From contig JAHRHZ010000082.1 in the NCBI GenBank assembly GCA_024137785.1, forward strand, positions 4,834,737-4,898,736: 64,000 nt of DNA, written 5' to 3'. Under the pieces are notes generated by a model. That model worked only from the letters and a program-made list of their open reading frames with translations. It was not told the origin of the DNA and ran no database searches. Source of the stretch: Ginglymostoma cirratum. Taxonomy: Eukaryota. Both the position numbers and the translations under genes were made by a program. This document shows, in pieces, positions 1 through 13,500 of the stretch. How positions within the stretch are numbered: the first letter of the stretch is position 1; every line of letters begins with the position of its first letter.

Positions 1-479
1 AGAATTATCCCACTTCTGGCCCCTAATCGTCCCTTGATCAACATCACAGAAACAAAATATATGTTCATCACCACGTTGCGTCATGAGTTGGTACAGGCCT
101 GGTGGGCTACTGGGCCTGTTCCTGTGCTGTAGTGTTCTTAGTTCTTCTTACTGTGTGTGAATTGTTTGTCACCCTTCCCATATTGCAAAACTGACGGCAC
201 TTCAAAATTAATTCATAGGTTGTTGTAAGAAAAATCTATATGTTCGAGTCTTTCTCTTAGTGGAATCAGACACCGTCACAAATTGGATTCAACATCAAGT
301 ACCATTACTATTCCTAGTGTGTCTATTTACGATTGTAAAATGCCCAGATATGAGGCACCCTGACATTGACTGTACAGACTTATACAAGAAATACGGTTGT
401 AGTGTTGCTCTATGTTGAATTCTATACTACAGTAACCATCTACCATCTTCCAGAACAATCTTCAGGGAGTGGGAATGAA

Positions 480-900
480 TAAGGACATACATTTTTATAA
501 TGCCTTTCATGACATCGGGATGCTCCAAAGTGCTTTGCAGCTAATGAAATGTTCTTGTAGTCTCTGTTCCAAAGGCAGAAACGTGGCAGATAATTTATCC
601 AAAGCAGAGGCCAACAAAATCAATAAGATAATGTTTGATAATATTGGATGAGGGATAAATATTGGCAAGGGCATCGGGGAAAAGTAAAACAGTGATAGGG
701 TCTTTTATGTACATCTGTAAGAACAAGGAAGGCCTTGGTTTAACTTCTCAAATAAAAGACAGTGTCTCTCCAGTAGTGCAGCACACCCTGAGCACTGACA
801 GTCACCCTAGATGTGCTAAAGATCCTGGAGTGAGGTTGTGAACCCATATCCGTATGAGCCAGGGGCAAGAGTGCAACCAGCTGGGCCAAGGCTGACACAA
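480..900 (-). mobile_element. DeuSINE (SacSINE1/AmnSINE-like), degenerate
   Basis: Reverse complement of Deu-domain motifs (gagggataaatattggc...; gtgcagcac.ccct.agcactg). Confidence 0.6.
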
Positions 901-1539
901 AGAAAATAAATTGGAGGGCGATAAATAGATGGATAGTATCAGAGCTCCATTATATCATCAAATTCATCTACTCTGTTGTCAAAATGCATTAATTGATTGA
1001 CAGGCCTAGTGAGGTGATTGTTTGAGAGTGTGCGTGAATAGAAATTAGAGAAAATGCTACATAAACCTTGTCTCCAGTGAGGCCTACTGTTAAATTGATG
1101 ATTTGATAATGTTAAATATTGGTGCTACAGTAATGTCATAAATCTTTCTCTTTTTAACCTGCTGAGCTGTCATTCCTTTCATACAAAAGCCAGCATAAGG
1201 CAAGTAGAAAGTTAAAGATTTAAAACCTGGCATTGTACAAGAGTTCACTCAGTCTCTCACCCTATTACTGGCATTGGGAAAACCCACACCAAACTTTAGG
1301 GTTTTATTCTGTTCTGATAGAGTTCTCTGGAATTCAAATTTAACTTTTGTTTCGGGAAGGATCCAGAAACTCCCCCATGTGTCGTTGTAAGGTGACTAAC
1401 AACTTCAAAAATGGAACTGGATAACATTGCGCACTAGCTGGGAATCTGTTGCTGTTGGCAAAACACTGGTTTATTTAAAAAATGCACATAGACCTAGGGT
1501 TTAAATCAATGGTTCTCCAAAAAGGCACCAATGCTATGG

Positions 1540-1715
1540 TAGCAAGGTGTGGAGCTGGAGGAACACAGCAGGCCAAGCACCAGGAGCAGGAAAGGTGACG
1601 TTTCGGGTCTGGGCCCTTCTTCAGAAATGGGGGAGGGGAAGGGGATGCTGAAATAAATAGAGAGGGGGGAGGCGGATGGAAGATGGATAAAAGAACAGAT
1701 GGGTGGAGGTGCTGG
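1540..1715 (-). mobile_element. Penelope-like element terminal repeat fragment (family A) with hammerhead motif
   Basis: Minus strand CTGAAGA-A-GGG..CCC-GAAACGTC followed by the same tail as 22433 and 50577. Confidence 0.7.
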
Positions 1716-2688
1716 ATTTCACAGCCCCTTGCACACAGGATGCCTGAAAAGTGGCCACTATATATTTGCTCACTCTGACTGCCTCTACAAATATGCTACC
1801 TGTGTCAGGGGGAAGTTTTGCCAGCTCAGCAGCCTAATGAGGTCTTTGAGTAGTCAATTGAGGGTCTCAGTCCTTTCACTACTGCCTTTTAGCTTGAACA
1901 GCTGACCAATGCCCCCCCCACCACCAACCCCCACCTCCCCCAACTTACCTCTTACCATGGATTCATGGCTGCTCATGGTTGGGGACTGGATGTGCTCTGG
2001 CAGTCATCACTGACCCCCAAGAATGCAGCTGGCATGAGAGTGCTGGTAGACTGTCATCTGTCAGGGGTGTGACTCGCTGCCTAGATGTGGGAGGAAATGC
2101 ACCCCCATCTTGAAACTAAGAGCTCTTGGGCGGGCGTGGGGGGTGCGGTGGGGTAGCTACCTCCTGGAATGGGGGCATGACCTGTGCCTGACCTTTTCAC
2201 CAGGAGGCCATGCAGTGCTCTGCAACATCCAGCCCAGTGAAAGAAAGGGCAAGGTCAAAGTCCCAGTGTTTCACTAAAAGGAAATCAGGATACACGGTAC
2301 CTACAAATTATTTACTTTGCACGCCTCATGTGTCTGCACTTTTTGTTCCAGGTAAATTCAACTGTCAGGCTCATGTCATAATTAAGGAGCCTGTTATAAC
2401 GTCAGGTTTCTCAGAAAAAAGATACAATGTAAACTTATATTTGAATATGTGATAAACGTTGACAAAATGATAGCTTTCAAAAGTATTACAACCCGTTTGT
2501 TAAGGAGAAATTCATGAATAGAACATAAAAACAGGTCACATTTTACAGGTTAAAAGACTGTATAAATGTCAGAGAAACAAAGGTAAAGAGTATATATGGT
2601 CAAATCTAAATGTAACTCTTTTTCCACTTATTTCCCTGAATGACAATCTGAAGTACAAAATATGCTTGGAGTAATTTCCATGGTACTT

Positions 2689-3030
2689 GCACGGGGTGGC
2701 TCAGTGGTTAGCACTGCTGCCTCACAGCGCCAGGGACCTGTGTGTGATTCCACCCTCAGGTGACTGTCTGTGTGGAGTTTGCACATTCTCCCCGTGTCTG
2801 CGTGGGTTTCCTCTGGATACTCTGGTTTCCTCCCACAGTCCAAAGAGGTGCAGGTTAAGTGGATTGGCCATGCTAACTCGTCCATTGTGTCCAGGGATGT
2901 GCAGCTATGTGGATTAGCCATGGGAAATGTGGGGTTTGGGGATAGGGATGGGAAGGGTATGTCTGGCTGGGATGGTGTGGACTCAATGGGCCAAATGGCC
3001 TGCTTCCATACTGTAGGGATTCTACGATTC
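2689..3030 (+). mobile_element. HE1-type tRNA-derived V-SINE
   Basis: A box TGGCTCAGTGG, V-domain GTGGAGTTTGCACATTCTCCCCGTGTCTGCGTGGGTTTCC, CR1-like tail. Confidence 0.9.
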
Positions 3031-3291
3031 TTTACAAGCACATCAATTTCCTTTTGTACCAAGTGGTTAACAGGGTAACACCCTACCTTTTTTGGAGTGT
3101 CAAGCAGGCTTAGTTCCGATACAATTGGAACGGCTTATTCTGAAATAAATCTCTTTTGGCTCAGTTTACTTCCATAGAAATTATGGTAAGAATTAAAATC
3201 TAACAATTTCTGGAAGTGGCACAGAGTTAATTGTTGGAAACAAATCATTTTGCCTACTTTTTTTACTTCACCATGGGATTTGGGTATCAAT

Positions 3292-3588
3292 AGAATTAGA
3301 GTCCCTACAGTGTGGAAACAGGCCCTTTAGCCCAACAAGTCCACACCAACCCTTGGAGCATCCCACCCAGACCCATCCCCCTATAACCCACACACCCCTG
3401 AACACTATGGGCAATTCAGCATGGCCAATCCACCTAGCCTACACATCTTTGGACTGTGGGAGGAAACCCACACAGACACAGGGAGAATGTGAAAACTCCA
3501 CACAGACAGTCACCTGAGGCTGGAATTGAACCTAGGTCCCTGGCGCTGTGAGGCTGCAGTGCCAAATACTGAGCCACCATGCCACCCA
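3292..3588 (-). mobile_element. HE1-type SINE
   Basis: Reverse-complement homologue of 2689-3030. Confidence 0.9.
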
Positions 3589-3589
3589 T

Positions 3590-3820
3590 AGATTGGCCTG
3601 TACTTATTGTCCATCCCTAATTGCCTTTCAGGGTGTAGTAATGGGCCTATATAATGAAGGCAGTGCTGTTAGAAAGAGAATTCTAAGGTTTTTACCCAGT
3701 AACAATGAAGGAATGGTGTCATTGTTCCACATCAGAATGGGACATGACTTGGAGGGGAACTTGCAGGTGGTGGTGAATCCTCATGTCCGCTTCTCCATTC
3801 CTCCTGGCTGGTAGACGTTG
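3590..3820 (-). mobile_element. 3' fragment of CR1-clade LINE family B
   Basis: Reverse complement of the 16870-17120 tail. Confidence 0.55.
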
Positions 3821-4205
3821 CAGATTTAGACATAAGTTCTGCTGAGGCTAGGATTTTCAAATCTGGGTTAGGAACCCAACACCTGGATGAATTCAGAGTT
3901 CTGACCCAGTGCACAAACTGCATGGTCCTTTAAAATAGAGATGTCTTAATGGACAGGAGGATAACTCATGGCCCATTTAGAGGCATAGAGTGTCTCGAAC
4001 AGATAGAAACCACCTGCTTGGTGCCAACAGCAAAGGCAACTGCAGCCATGTTGAGGCTTGCCGCTGCTATGCTGAGGCAAGCAGATGGATCATCGAGTAG
4101 ATCCTGAAAGATGATTGATAGATAATGAGGGCAAGTGGCCATGGGAAGGTACTACACACATTTTAGTGCAGGTTATTCAAGAATCTGATAACTTCATAAG
4201 ATGGT

Positions 4206-4545
4206 GGGAAGGCAATGGTCTTGTGGTATTATCACAAGAGTATTAATCTGGCGACCCAGGTAATGCTCTGATGACCTGGGTTCGAATCCCCCCATGGTGT
4301 ACCATAGCATAATCTGGAATTATGAGGGTAATGATTAATTGTCAATTATCAGGAAAAACCCATTTGGTTCACTAATTCCCTTTAGGGAAGGAAACTGCCA
4401 TCTTTACCCAGTCTGGCCTAAATGTGACTCCAGACCCACAGCAATGTGATTGACTCTTAACTACCCTGTAGGCAATTAGGGATGTGCAATAAATGCTGCC
4501 CCAGCCTGTGACACCCACATCCCATGGATGAATTAAAAAAAAACT
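4206..4545 (+). mobile_element. tRNA-derived SINE family B (tail shared with LINE family B)
   Basis: B box GGTTCGAATCC; body homologous to 33816 and 34558; tail GGCAATTAGGGATG..AATAAATGCT..CACATCCCAT..ATGAAT(A)n. Confidence 0.8.
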
Positions 4546-6057
4546 TCTCTTTTAGCCTGCAATGACCCCGACAGCTGTGCACAAATGTTTATTGATTCCA
4601 TTGATTGGATTCACCAAAACTTGAATTTGAAACTGCCTTCCCCGCATGTCCTGGCCCCTTAACCAGCCCCTCTGGGTCATGATATGGAGCAAGTGTGTTT
4701 CCTGTCCCCTCATCTCCTTCCCTACCTGGATCAGAATCCTGTGACGACCATTGAATAAGTGATTTTCAAATTGTAGCTGCATTGAGTCCAAACCCACAGT
4801 CATTTGAAAAATTGAGCCTCAGGACACCTTCAGACATGTTTCATTGAGTGATATCCCAATATTCCTGTTGGGAAAGTATGTGTATATGTCCAGCAGTGGA
4901 CAACAGGATTAGACTTAGCTGTGATGCCATTGCAGTCGAGTTACTTGCTGGCACTCACTGCCTATAGCCTCAGTTTTTAAAACGATCATACAGGAGAGGC
5001 TCTGGTACCCATGGAAGTATCTCCATGAAAGAACTAAGCGACCTCCCAAAGTGGGGAGGTGAAAATCAGAGAAAACTGTAACAAATTCTGAGCAAATTTA
5101 AAGAGGATACTGTGAGGGTCAGTGTGGACTTGTTGGGCCGAAGTGCCTGCTTCCACACTGTAGGGATTCTATGATCTATGATCTTTGAGAAGGTACCTCC
5201 ATCAGCGTCTCCCATACACTGGAAATAGAGAGAAAAAAAAACATAGAACTGCATGTAAAATTCTTCAGTGGTACTGGGCAAACCGAAAGCTGCATGTTGT
5301 CACAGTGCCAGGGAAGCCTGACTGTAGTGCTGAAGGAGTTAACCACATCTGTTCTGCTGCAGTAGGAATGACAGCTCCTGGCAGCGCTGCCTGCCTCCTG
5401 TGAATGGAAGACCACAAATATGGAAGCCCTAACCTTGGGGTCACGCACACAGAGCCACAACAGCTTGTTCAACATTTCTGTTTACAGATATCTCATCCCC
5501 TGCCCAGTAGCCCGCTCTCAGACTGTCCTCTACCATTGGCTACCGGCTAATCCCTTTCACAAATCAGAGGGGGCATCAGTTCTGCAGCTACCAATGACAG
5601 GGGCCCCTGGCTCAGAGGGATTAGATTCTGCAATCAGTGGGTGCAAACAATTTCAAAAGGTTTAACAAGAGATTACCAGCATGGAGTTCAACCTTGCTCA
5701 ATCAGTAGGCTTTCCCATAAATGACGATTGCTCCTCCCCACTATGGATGAGAGTAAAAGCTTTGGATTTGACACACTCTTTGGAGCTAGCAGATTCACTT
5801 TCCATTTAAAATAATATTTTCTTTTCTTCATTTTTTTTTGTGTTTGCCTGCATAAATCCCAGTATACCGTGTTTAGTATTATTTTAATATCTTCCCAGAA
5901 AAAGGTTCTTTATTTGACTTAATTCCTTCAATCTTGATTTTAATGAGCCCTGTATGAACTCATTAACGCAACAATCCACTGTGTGTGGGTGTATTTTTCT
6001 CTTTTCAGGAGAAAAATGATAACATCTTTCCGAGAACTGAGGGGCATTCTACAACTG

Positions 6058-6081
6058 AAGAGAGAGAGAGAGAGAGAGAGA
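6058..6081. repeat. (AG)n microsatellite
   Basis: Direct reading. Confidence 0.9.
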
Positions 6082-6179
6082 AATTCTTCAGCTATGGTTA
6101 AAAGCATATTTAAAATGTTCAATATATTTACCCCAGGGATTATAATAATCTAAGAGCAACCAGTTCATATTCCCTGCCA

Positions 6180-6552
6180 ACATAAAGGAGAATACAGTTC
6201 TACTGAAACATGCTCAGTTCTTAGGGGGCTTGACAGGTAGATGCTAAGACGTTGCTTCCCCTTGAGGGAGAGTCTATGACCAGAGGGCAAAATCTCAGAG
6301 TACTGGATTGCCCTTTTAAACCACAGATGATGAGGAATTTTTTTTTTCCTGTCTGTGGAATTCTTTGCTGCAGAGGGCTGGGTTGGAATGTATATTCAAG
6401 GCTGAGATAAATTTTTAATCAATAAGGGGATTAAGGGTCATGGGGATAAGGCAGGAAAGTGGAGTTGACGATTGTCAGATCAGCCATGATCTCATTGAAT
6501 GGTGAGCAGACTCAATGGGCCAAATGGTCTACTTCTGCTCCTATGTTTTATA
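6180..6552 (+). mobile_element. CR1 LINE 3' fragment
   Basis: Typical CR1 3' end (gatcagccatgatctcattgaatgg..gagcag) also seen at 46170 and 60570. Confidence 0.7.
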
Positions 6553-7939
6553 CCCGCATGGCCTCTGTTTACAAAGTTCGATTCTTCTGCAATGCTGGTT
6601 TGAGAGGGGTCCAGGCTAGGAGTAGTTGAGAATATCAGGGTTAAGCTGGAAGGAATGAAAATCCTAAACATTCCTGTTCCTGTTCCCTTTTGCTGTCTGG
6701 CAATACTGCAGCAAATGTGCATCTGTGGATACAGGTGAAAGAAGAATTAGAATTTGGATTTGAAAGTCTCTGGATCTAATAAACAATCTGACACACAAGG
6801 GTAGATTTTACGATTTTGTCGATCTTCACACATTGGGATCACTTCAGGTGTGAAGGTCAGTGAGCTTTGTTCAACTCTCCATCTGTTCATCATTCATGGA
6901 CAGAAAGATCCAGCAGGGCCCATTAACCTCAGAGACTGAACTTCCTATCCTCCTAGTGTGCAAAACTCTAAGGTGGAAGCGTAAGCACATAAAAGCTATC
7001 TTACACTGTTCACATTCATAGTTATCTGGAGAAGAAATGAAAATGCTGAAAAATATTTCTCATATTTTTGAAACAATGAGTGCTGAGAAAACTAAAAGCA
7101 TTCAGCATTTGCAAAATGTGTTTTTAAAAGATTCTTTTTTCTGTATTTAGTCAGCTTTACTAGTATCCTTAAATACAGCAACAAATATAAGAAAACTGTT
7201 TCTAAAATCACATTTCACAAATACCTCATATTTTCAGTTTTCACAACTCCCATTATTGTAAAAAATAGAACAAATATTGCAGCCAAACAGTTGCTCCAGT
7301 TCTAGGAGCTGCTTCCAAGAGACAAGTGAAGAAAATCAGGGGGAAATGTAGATGGGGAGAAAATTAGATTAACCAGAGCAGTATCATAGTAGGAGGATCA
7401 TGTTACCTAAAAAGGAGGATGAATAAACACATTAAGGCGGACAAGTAAAAATAAGAATGTGCTAAGCAGCAGTCCAACAAACTAATTGTGTTTTAAGTGA
7501 TGGAGAAGCTGTGATGTTTATAATGCAGGAATACAACATTTAACAGAGCTGTACATTCAACCTTTAACTTGGTTTCTGTCTGCTGCCCCTCACGCCCAGG
7601 GTAAGCCCTTAATAAGCAGATAAGCTTATTAAGTATTAATTAACCTTTTTAACATTAGATGTTTATGGGAGATGTGCAACACTGGAAAGACCCTAAGAAG
7701 TTTCCTGGAGGCACAGCATCCTATTGATGATCATACTCCCCTAATCATACTGAATAGGGACTTCCCAGTTATTTGACATAGCAACAATGTAAAAATGGCA
7801 AAATATGTCCCCAATTTATGGTGAAATGTGACTTGAAGGTGATAATATTCTCCTGGTATTTCAAACCCTGGCCCAATGATGGATGTCACACAGGACGGAG
7901 ACAAGGCTAAGAGTTAACATTTGGGTTAAACTGTTGTGA

Positions 7940-8570
7940 AACATACTGCCGTTAATATGTACCATGGTGGATGCATGACTATCAAACACTGTGAATTCTG
8001 GTGAGCTTTATGAGTTCCATTTTTAGCATTGTCCTTTGAGAAGAGTGTTGAGTATTCAATCATACTCCTGAATTGAACGTTGTAAAGATGATGGAAGAGA
8101 CTGGGAGGGATAAAGAGGTGAGCCACTTCTGCAGTGAAGCAAGCCGCTGTTGGTTTTTCTATTGGCCTCGGTATTGGCTGCTTGAGTTAAACTTCTGGTC
8201 AATGGTGGCCACAGATGTGTTGGTTGGGGGAGATTTCAGCAATGGCACTAGAAGGAGCAGGTGGGGAATTTTACTTGTTGAAGCCAGCCATCGATTGGCA
8301 ACAAACAACATGAACAAACCCGGATGCTGTCCCAAATCCTGCTGTATACTGCTGCAGGCAGTTTCACTGGGAGAAGGAGTTGAGATAGAGCTGAACAAGA
8401 TGGAACCATCAGTATATAGTCCCAGGCTTGACCTTATGATGGTGGAAGGGGTATTGATGACCCAGCTGATGAAGGTCAAGGCTAGAATTTTCTCTGCAGT
8501 TTGGAACATCATAATCATCTTGCGTTACTGTCAGGTACCACTCTGTCATCGGAGGTGGAGGGAGTAGGTG
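7940..8570 (-). mobile_element. Degenerate CR1-clade LINE family B RT fragment
   Basis: IIRSSLGLYTDGSILFSSI...IQQDL...TIDQKFN aligns with the 16203 ORF. Confidence 0.6.
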
Positions 8571-8678
8571 TGAAGCTGTGGTTTCCCTTAACTTACCCCA
8601 CCTTCCAGTCTTTAAATGTGCTAAGCATTTTTCGTGACAGATTCGGGTGAAACCAGTTTTGATAGCAAGGAAACTTGG

Positions 8679-9028
8679 AATCACAGAATCCCTACAGTGT
8701 AGAATCAGGCCATTTGGCCCATCGAGTCCACACCAACACTCTGAAGAGCATTCCATATAGACCCACCCCCTTCCCTATCACTGTAACCCTGCATTTCCCA
8801 TTGGTAATCCACCTAGCCAGCACATCCCTGTACACTATGGGCAATTTAGCATGGCCAATCCACCCAACCTCTACATGTTTGAACTGTGGGAGCAAACCAG
8901 AGCAAACCCCCCCAAGACAGAGGGAGAATGTGCACACACCACACAGACCGTTGCCCGAGGCTAGAATTGAACCCAGATTCCTGGTGCTGTAAGGCAGCAG
9001 TGCTAAACACTGAGCCAGCATACCACCA
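8679..9028 (-). mobile_element. HE1-type SINE
   Basis: Homologue of 2689-3030. Confidence 0.9.
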
Positions 9029-9984
9029 AGGAGATGTTCAGTCTGCCAGCAGACCATGAAACTTTGTTCTCTTGTCATAGTGTTTCTTACCAGTGACACC
9101 ACAATTGATCGAGGTGTTCTCAAGCTCCCCTTCCAAAGAAGCTGCTGGATTTGTAGCGCAACTGTCAAATTCAGTTTCCAAATGAAGAATTGCAGCAAAT
9201 GTAGTCAAACAAAGTAACTGAATACCATCCTCAATCAAAATAGCAGAGAGAGGGCAATTTCAGATAAACGTGTGAAGACTTCCGCAAAGTATCCCACAGC
9301 ATAATTTCATGGCCTAATTGACGAGCAATGGTTTCCAGGGTATTTACGTATTACCATAGCAACACAGAAGGATCTGGTATGATATTATCAGGAATAGAAC
9401 ATGGAACTGGCTGTAATGGCTTCACACATCTCATAACAGGTCTCACTGGTCCAGCAAGTTCTTTCTTTTATCTTTAAATCTCAACAAATTTATAGGAGAA
9501 CATTAATTAAGAAAGACTGGAAGTAGCCTTTGTTTGCAAAATGTGAACATTTTTATCACCCCCAAGCTTTTTTTGGTAGATTTCTACCACAGAATAGTAT
9601 ATAAATAAGTATGAGTGAGAAAACATTCTTTAGCACTTGGAAATTTATGGTACTTCTCCAATCTGTTGAAAATAGACATTCCGATGGGTTCCATTTACAC
9701 AGTTTTGGGTTTTTAAACAAGTGATACTTCCACATTTCTTTCTGAAGTTTAATTAATCCTAACTGAGGTGCGAGGGTACCAAAGCATGATGGTGGGCATG
9801 AGGACAGTGACTTCTACTGACCTCAATGCTCATGAAAGGCAGAGTTCTTCTTCTTGATGATAAGTCAGCGAAACCTGCTGGAAGTGTTTGTGTGTGGACA
9901 TCATGTGATAAAAAGATAATTCTCGCCTATGCTACCACTTACGACTCAGCACCTTACATAGGTACATGCAGAAAATAGCTTCTG

Positions 9985-10240
9985 CTAATAAATAAGACCA
10001 GATTTGGAATTCTGTGTTCAGTTTTGGAACCCTCATCACAGGAAAGATGCAAGTGAGTTGGAAAAGATAGAGAGGAAACAATTTGAGTGCAGAAAGCAAA
10101 ACGTGAGAATTGAGATTCTTCTCATTGAAGAGGAGGAGCCTGAAGGGGGACACAATCCAGATGTTCAGATTAATGAGGCTCAGGAATATAGATCAGCCAG
10201 CACTTATTTCATTTGGAGCAGTGTGATCGAATGAGGGTCA
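9985..10240 (+). mobile_element. Old CR1 RT fragment
   Basis: EFCVQFWNPHHRKDASELEKIER is a CR1 ORF2 C-terminal motif. Confidence 0.6.
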
Positions 10241-10410
10241 TTAGAATGAGGTAGAAAGAAGTCTATTCAGCCATCATCCAAAATTCAAGTAACTATTACG
10301 CCTCTGAGAGGTTGGGTTTTTGCTTTAGTAATACGCAGCAGGGAGGATATCAAGAAAGCAGTGTAGATCACATTGAGGTAAATGTGCACAAGAATCTAAA
10401 TAAACCTTTC

Positions 10411-10520
10411 AATTCTGAGGAAGGGTCGCTGCACCTGAAACATCAACTCTGATTTCTCTCTACAGATGTTGCCAGTCCTGCTGAGCTTTCCCAGCAATTT
10501 CTGTGTTTGTTGTTGCTGTT
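10411..10520 (+). mobile_element. Short PLE-derived element with hammerhead motif
   Basis: CTGAGGA-A-GGGTC..CACCT-GAAACATC; homologous to 30675 and 57075. Confidence 0.65.
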
Positions 10521-13500
10521 AAAAAAATGCCCCATCAGATTTAAATGCTGGGACAATAGGAAGAGTGTCAGGGTGGATCATTGATGTCTTCCAATCTTCA
10601 GATTTTCTATATTTCTACGTCCAATGCTCACTTGACCATAGGGCCACAAGTGTCTGCCCCTTTAAAATGGAATTGGAGAAATTTCTGGGGAAAGATCCAT
10701 TGTCTATTAGACATGGTTATAGAGCCAGTTACACAAGCCAAAATACACTGGTTAGTCCAATCTCCCTGTCATATATGGGATGAAAGTTTCTAGGGCCTGG
10801 AGGTAGAAAGGGAACTTATTGATGGGGTAAGGGAAACCAGAACTCCATTACCTTCCTACCTCTGCCTGCACTAATCTCTAGATGGGGAAACCAAGGCTCC
10901 ACCATCCTGCCCCTCTGCCAGTTGAGGTCCTAAAGTTGCCAATTAATGATCGACTAAATGGCCTCATCTCACCTTTCAGCTCCAGGCAAAATAAGAAACA
11001 GTTGGTGAATCAGAGTGGGCAGGCTTCGAACGCTGTTAGTGGGGTGCTCCATCAATCTGTACATGATTGACAGTCTGGATATGGGACAGATGGCTTCTGA
11101 CAGCCAACAGCTTTTTCCACCACTCCCCCCCCCCATTCTCTTACCTCTTCAATGGCATTGCCAAGTTCAACAGCTAGCAGCCTCTGGTTGACCAGCAACT
11201 TTTGGTGCCCAGTGAATTCTTAGACCCAGGTTTTAATACAAGAGTGGAGTTTCCTTTTGACCAATTATAGGAAAGCAGAGAACACAAGTAGAAAACCAAG
11301 GAGCCTAAAGAATGTATTTTTTCCACGCAGAGGTAGATGTGTGCCACAAACTCCCAATAAACATTATTGGTGAGGTCAGTTAACTCCTCTGAAAAATGAA
11401 TTGGATAAACAGTAAATGCTGTAAGGCTTTGCATGGTTATGTTATGTTCCCATTGGAAACCAGGGGATTTTGGGTGACCAAATTGTTTTTTTCTCGGCTT
11501 TCAGTGCTGCTAACACAGGGACATGTCACCTGCAGAGTGCCACTACAGTCAGGGCTGAATCGAAAGGCTTGTTCTGTACATTTTCTGTCTTTCCAAGATT
11601 CCTTGGATACAGGAAGACATAGGGCTAAAGTTTCACCTGTCACTGATGCCTGGATCCAGGCATCTATCTCAGGACCATAATGGTGGTGATAAGGGGTCTC
11701 ATGCAAAAGCTACCACTGTAGGAGTGACCTCCATCAACCAAAAGGGCTTTTCTCCACTTTCTTCTTGAACTGGAGGCAATAGCTGTAAATAAAAGTAAAA
11801 AGGAAAAGATTTCAGTTCAGGTCATTTGGAAGGAGCTCAAGCCTTCTACGCACGCTTTAAATAAATTCATGAATGACAGACATTTAGAACTGAAGTAGCA
11901 ACAATCATGCGTGGTCAATTAACTGTCATTTCTACTGATTTGCTGGCCCCTAGTGACTGAATGTTCCAATTACAGCTCTGACTGTTTCCAGCAACTTTCA
12001 CAGCCACCAGGGGCTGATCACGTACTTCTTGCGTTTCTTTCAAACTCTGCATCAGAGGTACCAATACGCATCCTCCTACGGCCTTTTATGTAAATTGGAA
12101 GCTGTTACTTATACAATCGGTGTGACCTGTGCACGACTTATCGATTTTCAAGAATGATAATAGCTAAGTCTGTAAAATAAAAGAACATTGTTTCATAGGT
12201 TGCAAATAAACTCACTGTATCTATATAGCACCACAGGGAGCAGCTGGTGGTCAATTATTGTCACTGTGATTGTGACGGTCCAAAGACATAATATGGACAT
12301 GTCAGTTAGACTGCAGACAAATGTCATACCTAGACCTTGTACGTTGACACTTTAACGAAGAAATTGAAGTTAATTCCAGATTTGCTAGGATTTGAATATT
12401 GATTTAATCGTCCAAAACAGCCCAATTTGGCTTAATTCTCATTTTGGAACAGACTCAGTATTTGCAACGAAATCATTAAAATCATACAATACCGTGCCAA
12501 GAACGGGGCCCTTCAGCCAGAAGTGGAGGTTGACATCCTCAGTACTGTCACAGAATAAACTCAGAACGGATTAATTAATCAATTCTCTAATTTCACAGAG
12601 CATATCTTCTCTTTTGATCTGAAGGATTGAATAGCTCAAAGCTGACGCTATGCATTGGATTTCCAGCTTCCACTGGTCAAGCAGACTCCAAAGAACTAGA
12701 TACGAAGAGGAAGAGAATTACAGTATGTGCCAGCCACAGTCTGCGGAGACAAGCCCTTGAATATTTCTGATCTTTCCCACATTGCTGTGAAGAGGTGCCA
12801 ATCAGAACCCGTATTGGGAGGAAATTGTGAGAGATAGAGTGGAACAAGATGCATGGTCAACTGTATTAAAGAATGCAGTGGCTTGGAGGACGAAGAGGAG
12901 AGTTAAGGGCAGCATTTTTGTTGTTATGAAGGACGTACTTGCTGATTTTGGCCATAAGAAGATGAACTGGCAGGATGGAAACCAGAATGAAAGGATTCTG
13001 GTGAGCAATGTGAGATACGAGCAGACAAACTGAATGCTGGAGATTTGTTCCAGGAGCTTAGAAAAGAACGGAAGATCAGCAAAAGAGAAGCTTGTGCAAG
13101 CCATTGATCTGACAGTGATTTCATAGTCCTTGTCAACGATAAAAATTCAACTACCCCCACAAGTACATATGCTGCCACATATCCAAGTGCCTAGAGCAGA
13201 AAGGTCTTTTCCTTTAGTATTATTAAAGTGTAAATTGCAGTAAATATATTAGATGGTGCATCTGATTATGATGTGCTCATCCCTATAGACGTAGGTGTAC
13301 TGCACACTGTCGCGTGTTGCTGATGGAAATTTTCAAAGACACTGAACTTTTGAGGATGTAACACAATGCATACCTGAGCAATGGTGCCAGAACAGCTCCC
13401 CCACTGGGCATTTCTCAATATTTGTTTGTTCAGAGAGAAAAGTGGAGAAACAAAAGAGGGAAGATGATGCTGCTCCTGAGGCTATTAGTATTCCTACATG

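Noticed and set aside
2689-2765. tRNA-like A/B boxes
   Set aside because: SINE heads; no complete cloverleaf
2628-3078. Recurring ORFs such as WPIHLTCTSLDCGRKPE
   Set aside because: Translations of HE1 SINE copies, not genes
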